DNA from: an archaeon
GTDB lineage: Archaea; Iainarchaeota; Iainarchaeia; Iainarchaeales; DTGL01
Direction: 5' to 3'
NCBI GenBank assembly: GCA_029258755.1
Contig: JAPDKC010000009.1
Span: 46,967 to 110,966 of the forward strand
DNA length: 64,000 nucleotides
Below, one piece after another: positions 1 to 8,443 of this stretch (positions are counted from its first letter, which is position 1; every line of letters begins with the position of its first letter). The notes under the pieces were generated by a model. The model did not search any database. It was not told the DNA's origin and saw nothing but the letters and a program-made list of their open reading frames with translations. A program made the position numbers and the translations under genes.

Positions 1-540
1 TATGCCATTTATCGAATTTGCCTCAAGCAAGTTTACATTGCCTATGCTGGGCACGCCTATAAATATAATAAAAAGCAGGCCAGCAACTTCAATTAAGGTT
101 ATAAAAGAAGCTACGCTTGCGGAAAGCTTTATACCAGCAAGCATAACTGTGGTGGAAAGTACGATGATTAGTATTGCTCCGTAAAGCCAGTTTATCCCTA
201 AAAACTTTTCCAAGTAATTCCCGAAACCAATAGCAACAGTTGCTGCTCCAACTATGGAAGCAAATATTACAAGCCAGCCAACAATAAATGCTGCTTTATT
301 TCCAAATGCATGCTTTGCAAAGTCGTATTCTGCTCCTGCTTTAGGATACATAGAGGAGAGCTCAGCATAGCTAAGCCCTGTTGTAGCTGCAATGACAGCT
401 GCTAAAGCAAAAGAAAGCCACAAAGCATTTCCTGCTAAAGCAGCTCCTTTACCAATAATTGCATATATGCCTGCGCCAACGATTATGCCAACTCCGCAAA
501 GCGTTAGTTCAAGCAATGAGAGCTCTCTTTTTAATGGCAT
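1..540 (-). CDS. Amino acid permease (APC family), N-terminal part; C-terminus lies beyond the window start
   Basis: Minus-strand ATG at 538-540 gives MPLKRELSLLELTLCGVGIIVGAGIYAIIGKGAALAG..., a typical APC-transporter N-terminus with multiple TM helices. There is no stop before the window edge. Confidence 0.55.
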   Translation of the reverse strand, partial: MPLKRELSLLELTLCGVGIIVGAGIYAIIGKGAALAGNALWLSFALAAVIAATTGLSYAELSSMYPKAGAEYDFAKHAFGNKAAFIVGWLVIFASIVGAATVAIGFGNYLEKFLGINWLYGAILIIVLSTTVMLAGIKLSASVASFITLIEVAGLLFIIFIGVPSIGNVNLLEANSINGI

Positions 541-602
541 GGTAAAAAATAGAGCATGAGTAAATTTATTTCTTGCGGATATCGCTTAAAAGACAGTTTT
601 GG

Positions 603-821
603 TTATTTATTTCCGGGCTCTTCTGGAACAATTATCCAAGCCGCTAGATAAAGAAGGATACCAGCACCCCAAACCAAGCATCCTAAAACCCAAAGTAATC
701 TGATAATGGAGGAATCGACATCAAGATATTTAGCAATTCCTCCACAAACTCCGCCGAGGATTCTATCATCTCGCGATCGATACAAACGTTTCTTTTTATT
801 ATTTTTCATTTTTAGCACCAC
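603..821 (-). CDS. PspC-domain membrane protein
   Basis: RSRDDRILGGVCGGIAKYLDVDSSIIRLLWVL is the PspC domain signature, followed by a TM helix. Confidence 0.7.
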   Translation of the reverse strand: MVLKMKNNKKKRLYRSRDDRILGGVCGGIAKYLDVDSSIIRLLWVLGCLVWGAGILLYLAAWIIVPEEPGNK

Positions 822-1050
822 GCTACCTCGCTAAGATTCTGCTTAATATTTTTGTGAAAAAACAGTATAAAAAATGTTTGTAGCGTTCTGAGCCTGCAAG
901 CGGGTATAGACACAGAAGAATTAGCACGCCCAGGCCGTGCCAGACCTTTGGAAATCTCCGCCCCAAGCCTTTATTATTCCGGTGCGATTACTAATAGTGC
1001 TAAACTCATATTTAATTCTTTTGTTCTATAAATAATTGTAAATATTAATT

Positions 1051-1671
1051 TTGGTAGTGAGCGAAATGGGAATTTATTCAATTGCTTTTATTCCCAAAGG
1101 TACAAACAGAGCACAGTTTGAAGCTCTTAAAGAGCAAATCACCACGCTTTGCAAAGGAAAGAAAAAGGCAATTCCTGTTCACATTTCAATAAGAGAAACG
1201 TTTGAAACAGAAAAAGTAGATAAGCTCATTCATGAGCTCACCCAGATATGTAAAAAATTCACCCCTTTCAGGATGACTCCAAAAAAGGTTCAAAGGTTGG
1301 GTCCGAACACAATTGCGCTTGTATTTATAAAAACTAAAAAATTGCAGCGATTCCACGAAATCATACTCAAACTTGTAGACAAATACAGAACTGATTACAT
1401 TCAGCCAAAATACTTGAAAAATCTGCAACAACTTCCAAAGAAACAAAAGGGTTATGTGCAACAGCATGGATACCCATACTGCTTAGAATATTATCTGCCT
1501 CATTTAACCCTTGCCTACGAGGCAAAACCTAGCATGATTAAAAAAAATGAAAAAAAACTGAAAAATATGGGAATCAAAAAAAGTTTTATTGTTTCAGAAG
1601 TAGCTGTGCTTGTAAAAAAAGGGGGAAAATGGGAAGTTAAAAAATTTTTAAAATTGAAGGCAAGCAAATAA
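1051..1671 (+). CDS. 2H phosphoesterase (LigT/ThpR-like 2'-5' RNA ligase family)
   Basis: Two H-x-T/S-x motifs (HISI ... HLTL) at the spacing typical of the 2H superfamily. Confidence 0.5.
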   Translation: MVVSEMGIYSIAFIPKGTNRAQFEALKEQITTLCKGKKKAIPVHISIRETFETEKVDKLIHELTQICKKFTPFRMTPKKVQRLGPNTIALVFIKTKKLQRFHEIILKLVDKYRTDYIQPKYLKNLQQLPKKQKGYVQQHGYPYCLEYYLPHLTLAYEAKPSMIKKNEKKLKNMGIKKSFIVSEVAVLVKKGGKWEVKKFLKLKASK

Positions 1672-1676
1672 AGAAT

Positions 1677-3101
1677 TCACTTTCTCAGCATCCGACGAAA
1701 TAACTTATGGCGCAATCTTCCCCCCTGTTTAATTTTGCGCAATTTTTCGATACTTTCTTTCCTATCCATGCCCCATAGGCTCCTATATTTTTTTATTACC
1801 TTCAGAGTTCTTGCAGAGACGTTAGGATTTCGAACAACATATAACCGAATATTTCTCCACTCTTGGCCGCGGTAAAGTTTTTTTAAATGTTCGGGAAGAT
1901 TAGAAGGAGGCACTACAAGTTTATGCAAGGTTTCAGGGGCCGCATTAGGATTTGTGGCCACTCTATACAAAACATACCAATCTCCAGGGTTGTTAGTGGC
2001 AATAAAATCTAACACATTTGGATCTTTAGTTCTTGCTCCACAAAGCATCTTAACAATTTGGTCAGAACTCTTCATGGCTTCAACTTCCACTTCTTTAGTA
2101 ACAGATGTTGAATAATCCAATAACTTTTTGATCAATTTCTTATTTTTATGCCTTGATGTCCTCACTATTTCTGGAATAATAAATTTTTGTTCGACACGCC
2201 CCAAAATAGAAAAAATCCTTTGCCTAGAAAGATTCAAGAGAGTTCTCAAAACCTCTTCCTTTATTTTTTCTCTTTTAGCGATCTCTTTTATTAAAGAAGA
2301 AGTAATTTTTGGGAACGGAGTTTTTTGTATTGTTTGCCCTCTTAACCTAAACCACAAAAGTACATCAGTAGCACGAATAATGTCCAAGCATTCCTTTTTA
2401 CTAATCACCCCTGCCTCAGCTAACTTTTTTGCCGCATCCTCAATTGTTACTAATCTTGGATCGAAGTCAAAGTAGTATTTTGCAAATTGAAACAAAAAGT
2501 GAGAAGCTCTTAAGCCCCCATAAACAAATTTAAAGTCTTTATCTCCCTTCAGAGCCCTCTGAGCTCTCCATTTATTTGTTGTAAAAATCTGAGCTAGTTC
2601 TCTAACATTACCGTATCTATCTAGCGTTATATTGGCTTCTCGTGTTTTGAAAAATTTATCTCGAACTTCTTCATCTCCACAGACAAAATGAGCTAAAGCG
2701 ACTGCTTGTCTATCGATGCCATTGGTTCTTGCAGCCGAGATAAGATTGTCTATATCGTGCCAAACTAGAAGATCAATCTTATTGTGAGGGAGCTGTTTCT
2801 TAATTTCTCTAATAAACTTTTTTAAAGCGGCTTTAAATTTGAGTCGGCCTTTTAGGGACATTTCGTTGAGATTTGTTACAACGATTATATCTAGGTCTGA
2901 CCTTGGACCCATCTCATAGCGACCGGTAGCCCCCCATGCAAACAGAGCTCCTTTAACATCCTTAAAAGATCCCCTAAAAGCTTTAGATAAATGAGATAGT
3001 GCATTTTCTGTCACATTATGAGCTTCTTTGAGGCCATTAAAGTTTCCTTCTTTGAAAATTTCTTTTGCTTGAGTGAAAACTTCGGAAAAGATGCCTCTCA
3101 C
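1677..3101 (-). CDS. Putative nucleotidyltransferase (GlnD/DUF294-like) with C-terminal LRV-type repeats
   Basis: GATGRYEMGPRSDLDIIVV nucleotidyltransferase motif, then a DUF294_C-like helical domain. The C-terminus repeats NPN..P.TL..L (ATNPNAAPETLHKL / VRNPNVSARTLKVI). Confidence 0.45.
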   Translation of the reverse strand: MRGIFSEVFTQAKEIFKEGNFNGLKEAHNVTENALSHLSKAFRGSFKDVKGALFAWGATGRYEMGPRSDLDIIVVTNLNEMSLKGRLKFKAALKKFIREIKKQLPHNKIDLLVWHDIDNLISAARTNGIDRQAVALAHFVCGDEEVRDKFFKTREANITLDRYGNVRELAQIFTTNKWRAQRALKGDKDFKFVYGGLRASHFLFQFAKYYFDFDPRLVTIEDAAKKLAEAGVISKKECLDIIRATDVLLWFRLRGQTIQKTPFPKITSSLIKEIAKREKIKEEVLRTLLNLSRQRIFSILGRVEQKFIIPEIVRTSRHKNKKLIKKLLDYSTSVTKEVEVEAMKSSDQIVKMLCGARTKDPNVLDFIATNNPGDWYVLYRVATNPNAAPETLHKLVVPPSNLPEHLKKLYRGQEWRNIRLYVVRNPNVSARTLKVIKKYRSLWGMDRKESIEKLRKIKQGGRLRHKLFRRMLRK

Positions 3102-3139
3102 CCGATACTTTTATTCTATCCTTTGTTATAATGCGCTAT

Positions 3140-3580
3140 CTATAAATATTTAGCCTCTATTTCCTCAATCTTTTCAAGTTTTCTTGCTGAATGTCCTCCT
3201 TTAAACTCCGCGTCTAGCCAGATATCTAGCAAAGTTTTCGCCAGTTCTGTCCCCACGATAAGCGCCCCCATTGTCATTATTTGGGCGTTATTACTAGCCC
3301 TAGACTTAAAGGCCGAGTAGGGATCATGGCACACTGTTGCCCTTACTCCTCGAACTTTATTTGCAGAAATGGCCATCCCCATACCAGTGCCACAGATAAG
3401 GATTCCCCTTTCACACGTTTTCTTCTTAATAGCGAGTGCTACCTTTATAGCTGCATCTGGATAATCTTCTTCCCCTTCGGGAGTGAAGTCAACTATTTCA
3501 TGGCCTTTCTCCACCAAGTATTTTTTTATAACTTCTTTAAGTTCAATCCCTGCTTTATCACAACCCAATCCAATTTTCAA
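3140..3580 (-). CDS. rpiB: Ribose-5-phosphate isomerase B
   Basis: 146 aa; GLGCDKAG...ICGTGMGMAISANK is the RpiB/LacAB signature. Confidence 0.9.
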   Translation of the reverse strand: MKIGLGCDKAGIELKEVIKKYLVEKGHEIVDFTPEGEEDYPDAAIKVALAIKKKTCERGILICGTGMGMAISANKVRGVRATVCHDPYSAFKSRASNNAQIMTMGALIVGTELAKTLLDIWLDAEFKGGHSARKLEKIEEIEAKYL

Positions 3581-3621
3581 TTAACTCACCCCTAAAAAGT
3601 GGTAGATTATATTTGAGTGTA

Positions 3622-4884
3622 CTACAATAATTCATGTAAAATGTCTGCCTTTTCACTAATTGATACTACCTCATACTCGCCCGCCTTGCCCTTGGGTCTT
3701 ACAATCGCGCTAGGTGCTGGTTTCTCAAATTTTTCGAAGGCTCGGCCAGTTATAATAAAGAAGATTTTGTCCTTCTTACTAATTTTTTTCTCTTTAGCCA
3801 ACTTTACCAATCCGGCGAATCCGATATAAGGAGCTTTTTCAAGTTCATGAGAAAGTTTGATTTTAAATTCCTCTAAAGAATCTTCAAAAACATCCTTGAT
3901 TTCTTCTACCTCTTTCGGACCGGCATCTGTTACAAGGCCCTGCGTAGCATTTAATATCTCTTCAATGAATGGGTAATTTTTGGCTGGATTGGAGCTTTGT
4001 AAAGTAGGCTCAAAGGGGGCTGCTGAACTTTTGCGTTCTGGCTTTGCAGATTTTCCCAAGTTATAAGTTTCCACGAAATAATTATTATCTTGCGATTGAA
4101 CACAAACGATTTTGGGAATATCGGATCTTTTTTCCAAATTATTTTCTACAAGCCTCTGGTGGCCCTTAAAAAAGCCTATTGCCCCGTAACCACTAGACAC
4201 CGTCTGAACATACATTGTTGCATCCGGTAGCTGTTCGAATTGTTCGTAAGCCAAGGTTGTATAAGGTTCAATCTTTTCATGAAATGTTGTAACAAATGTT
4301 AAATTGTTCTTTTTTGCAAAATTTTTTGCTATTGCAGATATCGTAGGAAAAGGCCCATCTACTGCTATAAAATGGTTGTTGCTTGTGATTAAGTCAGGAT
4401 TTATTTTATAAAAAGAATGTTTGGGAATAAAACAAAAAGATTGAATTCCAGCTTCTATAGCGTATGCAGTATAGGCTGCACCAGTATTCCCTGTTGAATG
4501 ATATACCAACCCATTATGCCCCAGTTCTTCATTTCTGCTAATAATTACTGAGCCCTCTCTACTCTTGAATGTCCCGGTTGGATTTTCAGAATCCACCTTA
4601 GCATAAAACTCAGCACCATTAAGATATTCTTCTAAACACTCTATTCTTTCTATCCGGGTAAAACCTTCACCCAAAGAAATAATATTTTCTTCTTTTTCTA
4701 CTGGAAGTAATTCAAAATATCTCCAGATATCTTCTCTATCTCGAAGCAATTTTTCAAAGCTCTCAATTCCTTTGTATATAAATTCCAGTGGACCTCCACA
4801 TTCACAATTGTTAAGCCTTTGGGTGCCTGGGAAAACACGGCCGCATTGTTTGCACCTTTGGAAAAATTTAACTCTTCCACTCAT
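3622..4884 (-). CDS. thrC: Threonine synthase
   Basis: N-terminal Zn-ribbon (CKQCG...CECGG), PLP-lysine motif NPTGTFKSR, and the Gly-rich loop SSGYGAIG of fold-type II PLP enzymes. Confidence 0.8.
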   Translation of the reverse strand: MSGRVKFFQRCKQCGRVFPGTQRLNNCECGGPLEFIYKGIESFEKLLRDREDIWRYFELLPVEKEENIISLGEGFTRIERIECLEEYLNGAEFYAKVDSENPTGTFKSREGSVIISRNEELGHNGLVYHSTGNTGAAYTAYAIEAGIQSFCFIPKHSFYKINPDLITSNNHFIAVDGPFPTISAIAKNFAKKNNLTFVTTFHEKIEPYTTLAYEQFEQLPDATMYVQTVSSGYGAIGFFKGHQRLVENNLEKRSDIPKIVCVQSQDNNYFVETYNLGKSAKPERKSSAAPFEPTLQSSNPAKNYPFIEEILNATQGLVTDAGPKEVEEIKDVFEDSLEEFKIKLSHELEKAPYIGFAGLVKLAKEKKISKKDKIFFIITGRAFEKFEKPAPSAIVRPKGKAGEYEVVSISEKADILHELL

Positions 4885-4921
4885 ACCATCACCTTAAGGA
4901 CCTTTAACGCTTAATCCACCA

Positions 4922-5599
4922 TCAACATATATTATCTGACCTGTGATATAATCTGACTGCTCTTTTGGAAAATTCCTTTAAATATCTCTGGCTTTTAAAT
5001 TTTTTTCTATTTCGCTCAACCACTATTGTTCCAGGAGCAATTGCGTTCACACAGATATTATACTTAGCCAGCTCAAGCGCCATAATCTTAGTTAGCATAT
5101 TTATGCCCCCTTTGGAACATGCATAAGCACATTGCCCCTCTATGGCAAATTCTCCGGAAATGGAACTTATATTGATTATTTTGCCTTTCCGTATTTTTAT
5201 CATTTCCCTTGCAACTCGTTGACCACACAAAAAGTAGCCTTTTAAGTTGGTATTAATGGTTCTATCCCATAGATCTTCAGGATAATCAAGGAACTTATGA
5301 TAAGGAACGATTGCAGCATTATTTATTAACACATCAATACGACCAAACTTTTTCATAACTTCTTTTACACCAACGTCCACTTGTTTTTTCTTCGAAACAT
5401 CTACTTTTCTGATAAAAAACGGCCTCTCTGGAGTTTCTGTTATTTGCCTTTTTATATCTCTCAAACCACGTTCGTCGATATCAAAAACAGCTACCAAATT
5501 ACCCAAATTAAAAAGTTTAAAAGCTAAAGCCCGCCCAATTCCATTTGCGCCACCAGTAATTAAAAAGACTTTTTTGTCTTCATTAAACTTTTCTTCCAT
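4922..5599 (-). CDS. Short-chain dehydrogenase/reductase (SDR); 3' end appears frameshifted
   Basis: TGGANGIGRA Rossmann motif and YACSK catalytic motif. The expected C-terminus ...SDYITGQIIYVDGGLSVKGP is encoded in another frame, ending at 4894. Confidence 0.75.
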   Translation of the reverse strand: MEEKFNEDKKVFLITGGANGIGRALAFKLFNLGNLVAVFDIDERGLRDIKRQITETPERPFFIRKVDVSKKKQVDVGVKEVMKKFGRIDVLINNAAIVPYHKFLDYPEDLWDRTINTNLKGYFLCGQRVAREMIKIRKGKIINISSISGEFAIEGQCAYACSKGGINMLTKIMALELAKYNICVNAIAPGTIVVERNRKKFKSQRYLKEFSKRAVRLYHRSDNIC

Positions 5600-5688
5600 C
5601 TTTCACCATCTTATTTTTTAAATTAAATGATAACTGCTATTTAAATAATTAATGTTTAGTAACGCCGGCGCTACTTGGCTAATTTTCA

Positions 5689-6837
5689 TCAGCAAACCCT
5701 AAAACCCGTGTATTCTCTCCTCTTTTCCGGGATCTCCCTTATGAACTCTTCCAGATACCTTTTAACCTGCAGCGCTTCATCTATGCTCTTTATCTGCTCC
5801 TTCGTTTTGAGGTTTATCAGCTTTGTTTGCTTGCCTCTTCCGATTTTGATCAAGAACTCCTCTTCAGCCTCGCCGTTTCCATTCTCTTCGAACTTCTCGA
5901 GCTTCCTCAACCGCTTCAGCAGTTTCCTCTTCTGCTCCTCCACTTTCTGGGTGAACACCTTAACAGGATCGAGGATGAAGTAGTTTCTCGGCGTTGTGTT
6001 TGAGCATCTTACCAATCCGCAGTTTATGAGCTCCTTCAGAACAGCGTAAACAGTTGCCTTGCAGATGCCGGTTTCGTCCATTATCTGCTTTGCGGTTTTG
6101 ACCTCGCTTGAAAGAAGGTTGCAGCGCTTCAGCTTCCTCATGCAGAGCTCTGCCCTTATGTCCAGCTGATTCAATGCAGTTTCTTTGTCTTTGAATGCTT
6201 TGGTATTGCATGGAACGACGATGTAGAATAGCCTGTTCCTAACAGCGTTTTCCTCAATGAAATCCTGAACGAACCTTTTGAAAGCCTGGAACTGCTCCCA
6301 TAATTTTTTCGACTTTCTCTTCTCAACTTCAAGCCCCAGATCAGCCAGATACTCATTGAGCGAGAGGTTCACGGTTCTCACAACTATCTGAATCGGGAAG
6401 CTCAATGCATTGAGAAAGTCGCGGAAAGCACTTATTACTGCTTTCTGCTCCATTGCGGAGAGCATGGAAAAGCTTATCGGCACCACCTGCAGAACAGCGC
6501 AGGCTTTGCCATCATCGAGGATTATCGCATCCCTTTCAACTCTCGAAACCCCTACAAAACGCCTAGCTTTCTCATCGAAGTAACCTGCTTTTGTGCCTGA
6601 GAGCTTGAACGAAACGATAGCTTTGAGCTTTTCAAAGAGGTTGAAGAATGCAAAGGAAACGCCGAGAGAGATCAAAACAAGGGAAAGCCCGACTTTTAGC
6701 TCAAAAAGCATTGCAGTTTTGAAGAATATTACTGCTGCAATGCCGGTAAATAAGCCTAACCAGAAAAGCTGCGGAAGGCTGAGCCCGAAGAGGATCTTTT
6801 CCTCATACTTAAGCTCTTTTGGAATCTCATAAGCCAT
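5689..6837 (-). CDS. PrgI/VirB3-like 2-TM domain plus VirB4-N-terminal-like domain plus C-terminal winged-HTH; no ATPase domain
   Basis: KELKYEEKILFGLSLPQLFWLGLF matches the PrgI/VirB3 family N-terminus, with two TM helices. The following region (DAIILDDGKACAVLQVVPISFSMLSAMEQKAVISAFRDFLNAL) resembles the VirB4/TrbE N-domain. The C-terminus is a wHTH (ETGICKATVYAVLKELINCGLV) plus coiled coil. No Walker A is present. Confidence 0.4.
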   Translation of the reverse strand: MAYEIPKELKYEEKILFGLSLPQLFWLGLFTGIAAVIFFKTAMLFELKVGLSLVLISLGVSFAFFNLFEKLKAIVSFKLSGTKAGYFDEKARRFVGVSRVERDAIILDDGKACAVLQVVPISFSMLSAMEQKAVISAFRDFLNALSFPIQIVVRTVNLSLNEYLADLGLEVEKRKSKKLWEQFQAFKRFVQDFIEENAVRNRLFYIVVPCNTKAFKDKETALNQLDIRAELCMRKLKRCNLLSSEVKTAKQIMDETGICKATVYAVLKELINCGLVRCSNTTPRNYFILDPVKVFTQKVEEQKRKLLKRLRKLEKFEENGNGEAEEEFLIKIGRGKQTKLINLKTKEQIKSIDEALQVKRYLEEFIREIPEKRREYTGFRVC

Positions 6838-6887
6838 TGCAAGACCTCGCAGAAAGGTTTAAATATTCCTGAAAGATAGTTTTAAGT

Positions 6888-7286
6888 ATGATAAAAAATA
6901 TTGCAAAACCATCAGGGGAAGAATCCAAAGGGAAATTTGACTGGGTTAAAAATTCTGCTTTAGCCGTGATCTTTTCCGCTGTCGCGCTTTGGGTTACTGC
7001 GTTCCCCTTTTTTATTAGAGGATTCTTCAAAGGGGCAAATAGGGAATTATTAGTCTTATTTGTTATTATCACGCAGTCCATTTTGGTTCCAGCTGTGCTT
7101 GTAGTCTCTTTGATAGGGCTAGCTTTGGGGGTTGTGGGGTTGATTTTAGAGCTTAGAAAGGCTGAAAAGGACCGCATCAGGCTGTTGACAGCAGTAATGG
7201 CCATTTGCGGTAATTTATTTGCTTTTATGGGCGCATTTGAAGTAGCGGCGCCGGTTTTTGTTCTTTCGTTTTGGAAGTATTTTTGA
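6888..7286 (+). CDS. Small multi-TM membrane protein (hypothetical); the strand call is uncertain
   Basis: 132 aa with 3-4 clear TM helices. The competing minus-strand ORF 6827..7294 is low-complexity (T/S/K/N-rich), as expected for an antisense reading of a hydrophobic gene. Confidence 0.3.
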   Translation: MIKNIAKPSGEESKGKFDWVKNSALAVIFSAVALWVTAFPFFIRGFFKGANRELLVLFVIITQSILVPAVLVVSLIGLALGVVGLILELRKAEKDRIRLLTAVMAICGNLFAFMGAFEVAAPVFVLSFWKYF

Positions 7287-7293
7287 TAGGCCA

Positions 7294-8256
7294 TTATATC
7301 ACGGCTCCTGTAACAGCTTTTGCAACAACCACAAGCTCGGGGTTCTGAGATGCAACCGAGGATAGGCCTTTCAATATTGCAATAACCAAAATTGCCGCAT
7401 TCACAACAGCCGCAACAATGAAGCCCACAGCAAGCGCGAATGTTCCAAAGTACTCAAGCGATGCAAACTGAGTTGTGAGCATGGAAATGCCTAAAAGCAA
7501 AGCGGCATCGATAACCTGCATGAACACGATTGCACCGAAGAAGTTCAGAATCACAGAATCCCAAGCGCGCAAAGGAATTATGAAGTAGAGGAAAATTCCT
7601 ATTGGGATGAAAATCACACCCAAAATCAAAAAGAGCTGGCGCAGTAAAAGGGTTATTGCAAGCAAGAGTGCTCCAAAAGCGTAAAAAACAATCCAGAGCA
7701 AATTCAGGGCATCGAGCTGAGCTATATCAAACAGCGAATCGAGCTTTTCAGTCCAGATTGTCAGAGCAACAGCAGAGCTGAGCTGGAGCATAAGAGAATA
7801 GAGCAGAAGAGAGGCGTTGACAGCAACCACAATAACAACAGCGTTTTTCAGCCACTCCTTTGCGCTTTTCCTCTGCACAGCATCGTACGAACCAAGAAGA
7901 AACTTCAAACCTGCAAAAACGAACAGCAAAAGGTAAAAGCAAGAGATTACTGAAACAATCACGAGCCACAGATCCTGAAAATCGTAAGGGTTTATGTTGT
8001 TCAGAACCATTGCTTTTATGAAATCGAGGATCGGAGCTACAAAGGAAACAACTGTGCCTTTGAAGGAGTCCAGAATCGCATTTGCAACGTTGCAGGCAGG
8101 TTCGAAACGGAATCCCAGAGGCCTGCGCTCGCGTTTGAGAGCAAAAGCACAAGAAACAAAAGCGGCATTAAGAAACGAGCTCTCACAGCAGACCACCCAG
8201 TACTTTTTTTGCTGCAAAAAGTGTTGCGAAGTAGAGCGAAACAAATATGCTTCCAT
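7294..8256 (-). CDS. Polytopic integral membrane protein (VirB6/CedA-like?)
   Basis: At least 6 TM helices across about 240 aa. It sits in the operon between the pilin-like and VirB3/B4-like genes. The true start may be the internal Met (MVLNNINPYDF...). Confidence 0.4.
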   Translation of the reverse strand: MEAYLFRSTSQHFLQQKKYWVVCCESSFLNAAFVSCAFALKRERRPLGFRFEPACNVANAILDSFKGTVVSFVAPILDFIKAMVLNNINPYDFQDLWLVIVSVISCFYLLLFVFAGLKFLLGSYDAVQRKSAKEWLKNAVVIVVAVNASLLLYSLMLQLSSAVALTIWTEKLDSLFDIAQLDALNLLWIVFYAFGALLLAITLLLRQLFLILGVIFIPIGIFLYFIIPLRAWDSVILNFFGAIVFMQVIDAALLLGISMLTTQFASLEYFGTFALAVGFIVAAVVNAAILVIAILKGLSSVASQNPELVVVAKAVTGAVI

Positions 8257-8443
8257 CGAAAGCGGTTTTTCCAGCTTTTTTGAGAGTAAACGAGAAAGTG
8301 CTTTGCTTTGGTGGTTCGGATATACTCAAAGCAACCGAACTCTGCGCGTATGGACCCTTCAGAATCCGAACTCAGGAATTCGGTTTTCGCTACGCCGTTT
8401 TCATCGGTTAGCGCTTTTATTCTCTGCCTGCCGTTGAAGAAAA

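Noticed and set aside
2128-2475. 115-aa plus-strand ORF
   Set aside because: It is entirely antisense to the well-supported nucleotidyltransferase gene 1677..3101 and has odd composition.
6827-7294. 155-aa minus-strand ORF in line with the island operon
   Set aside because: It is low-complexity T/S/K/N/P-rich, the signature of reading a hydrophobic gene backwards. The opposite-strand 132-aa multi-TM ORF is more protein-like. Neither is certain.
7748-8437. Cys/Arg-rich ORFs 7748..8152 (-) and 7994..8437 (+)
   Set aside because: Both are out-of-frame or antisense overlaps of the 320-aa membrane protein gene in a GC-rich stretch. Their composition (runs of C, R, S) is typical of spurious GC-rich ORFs.
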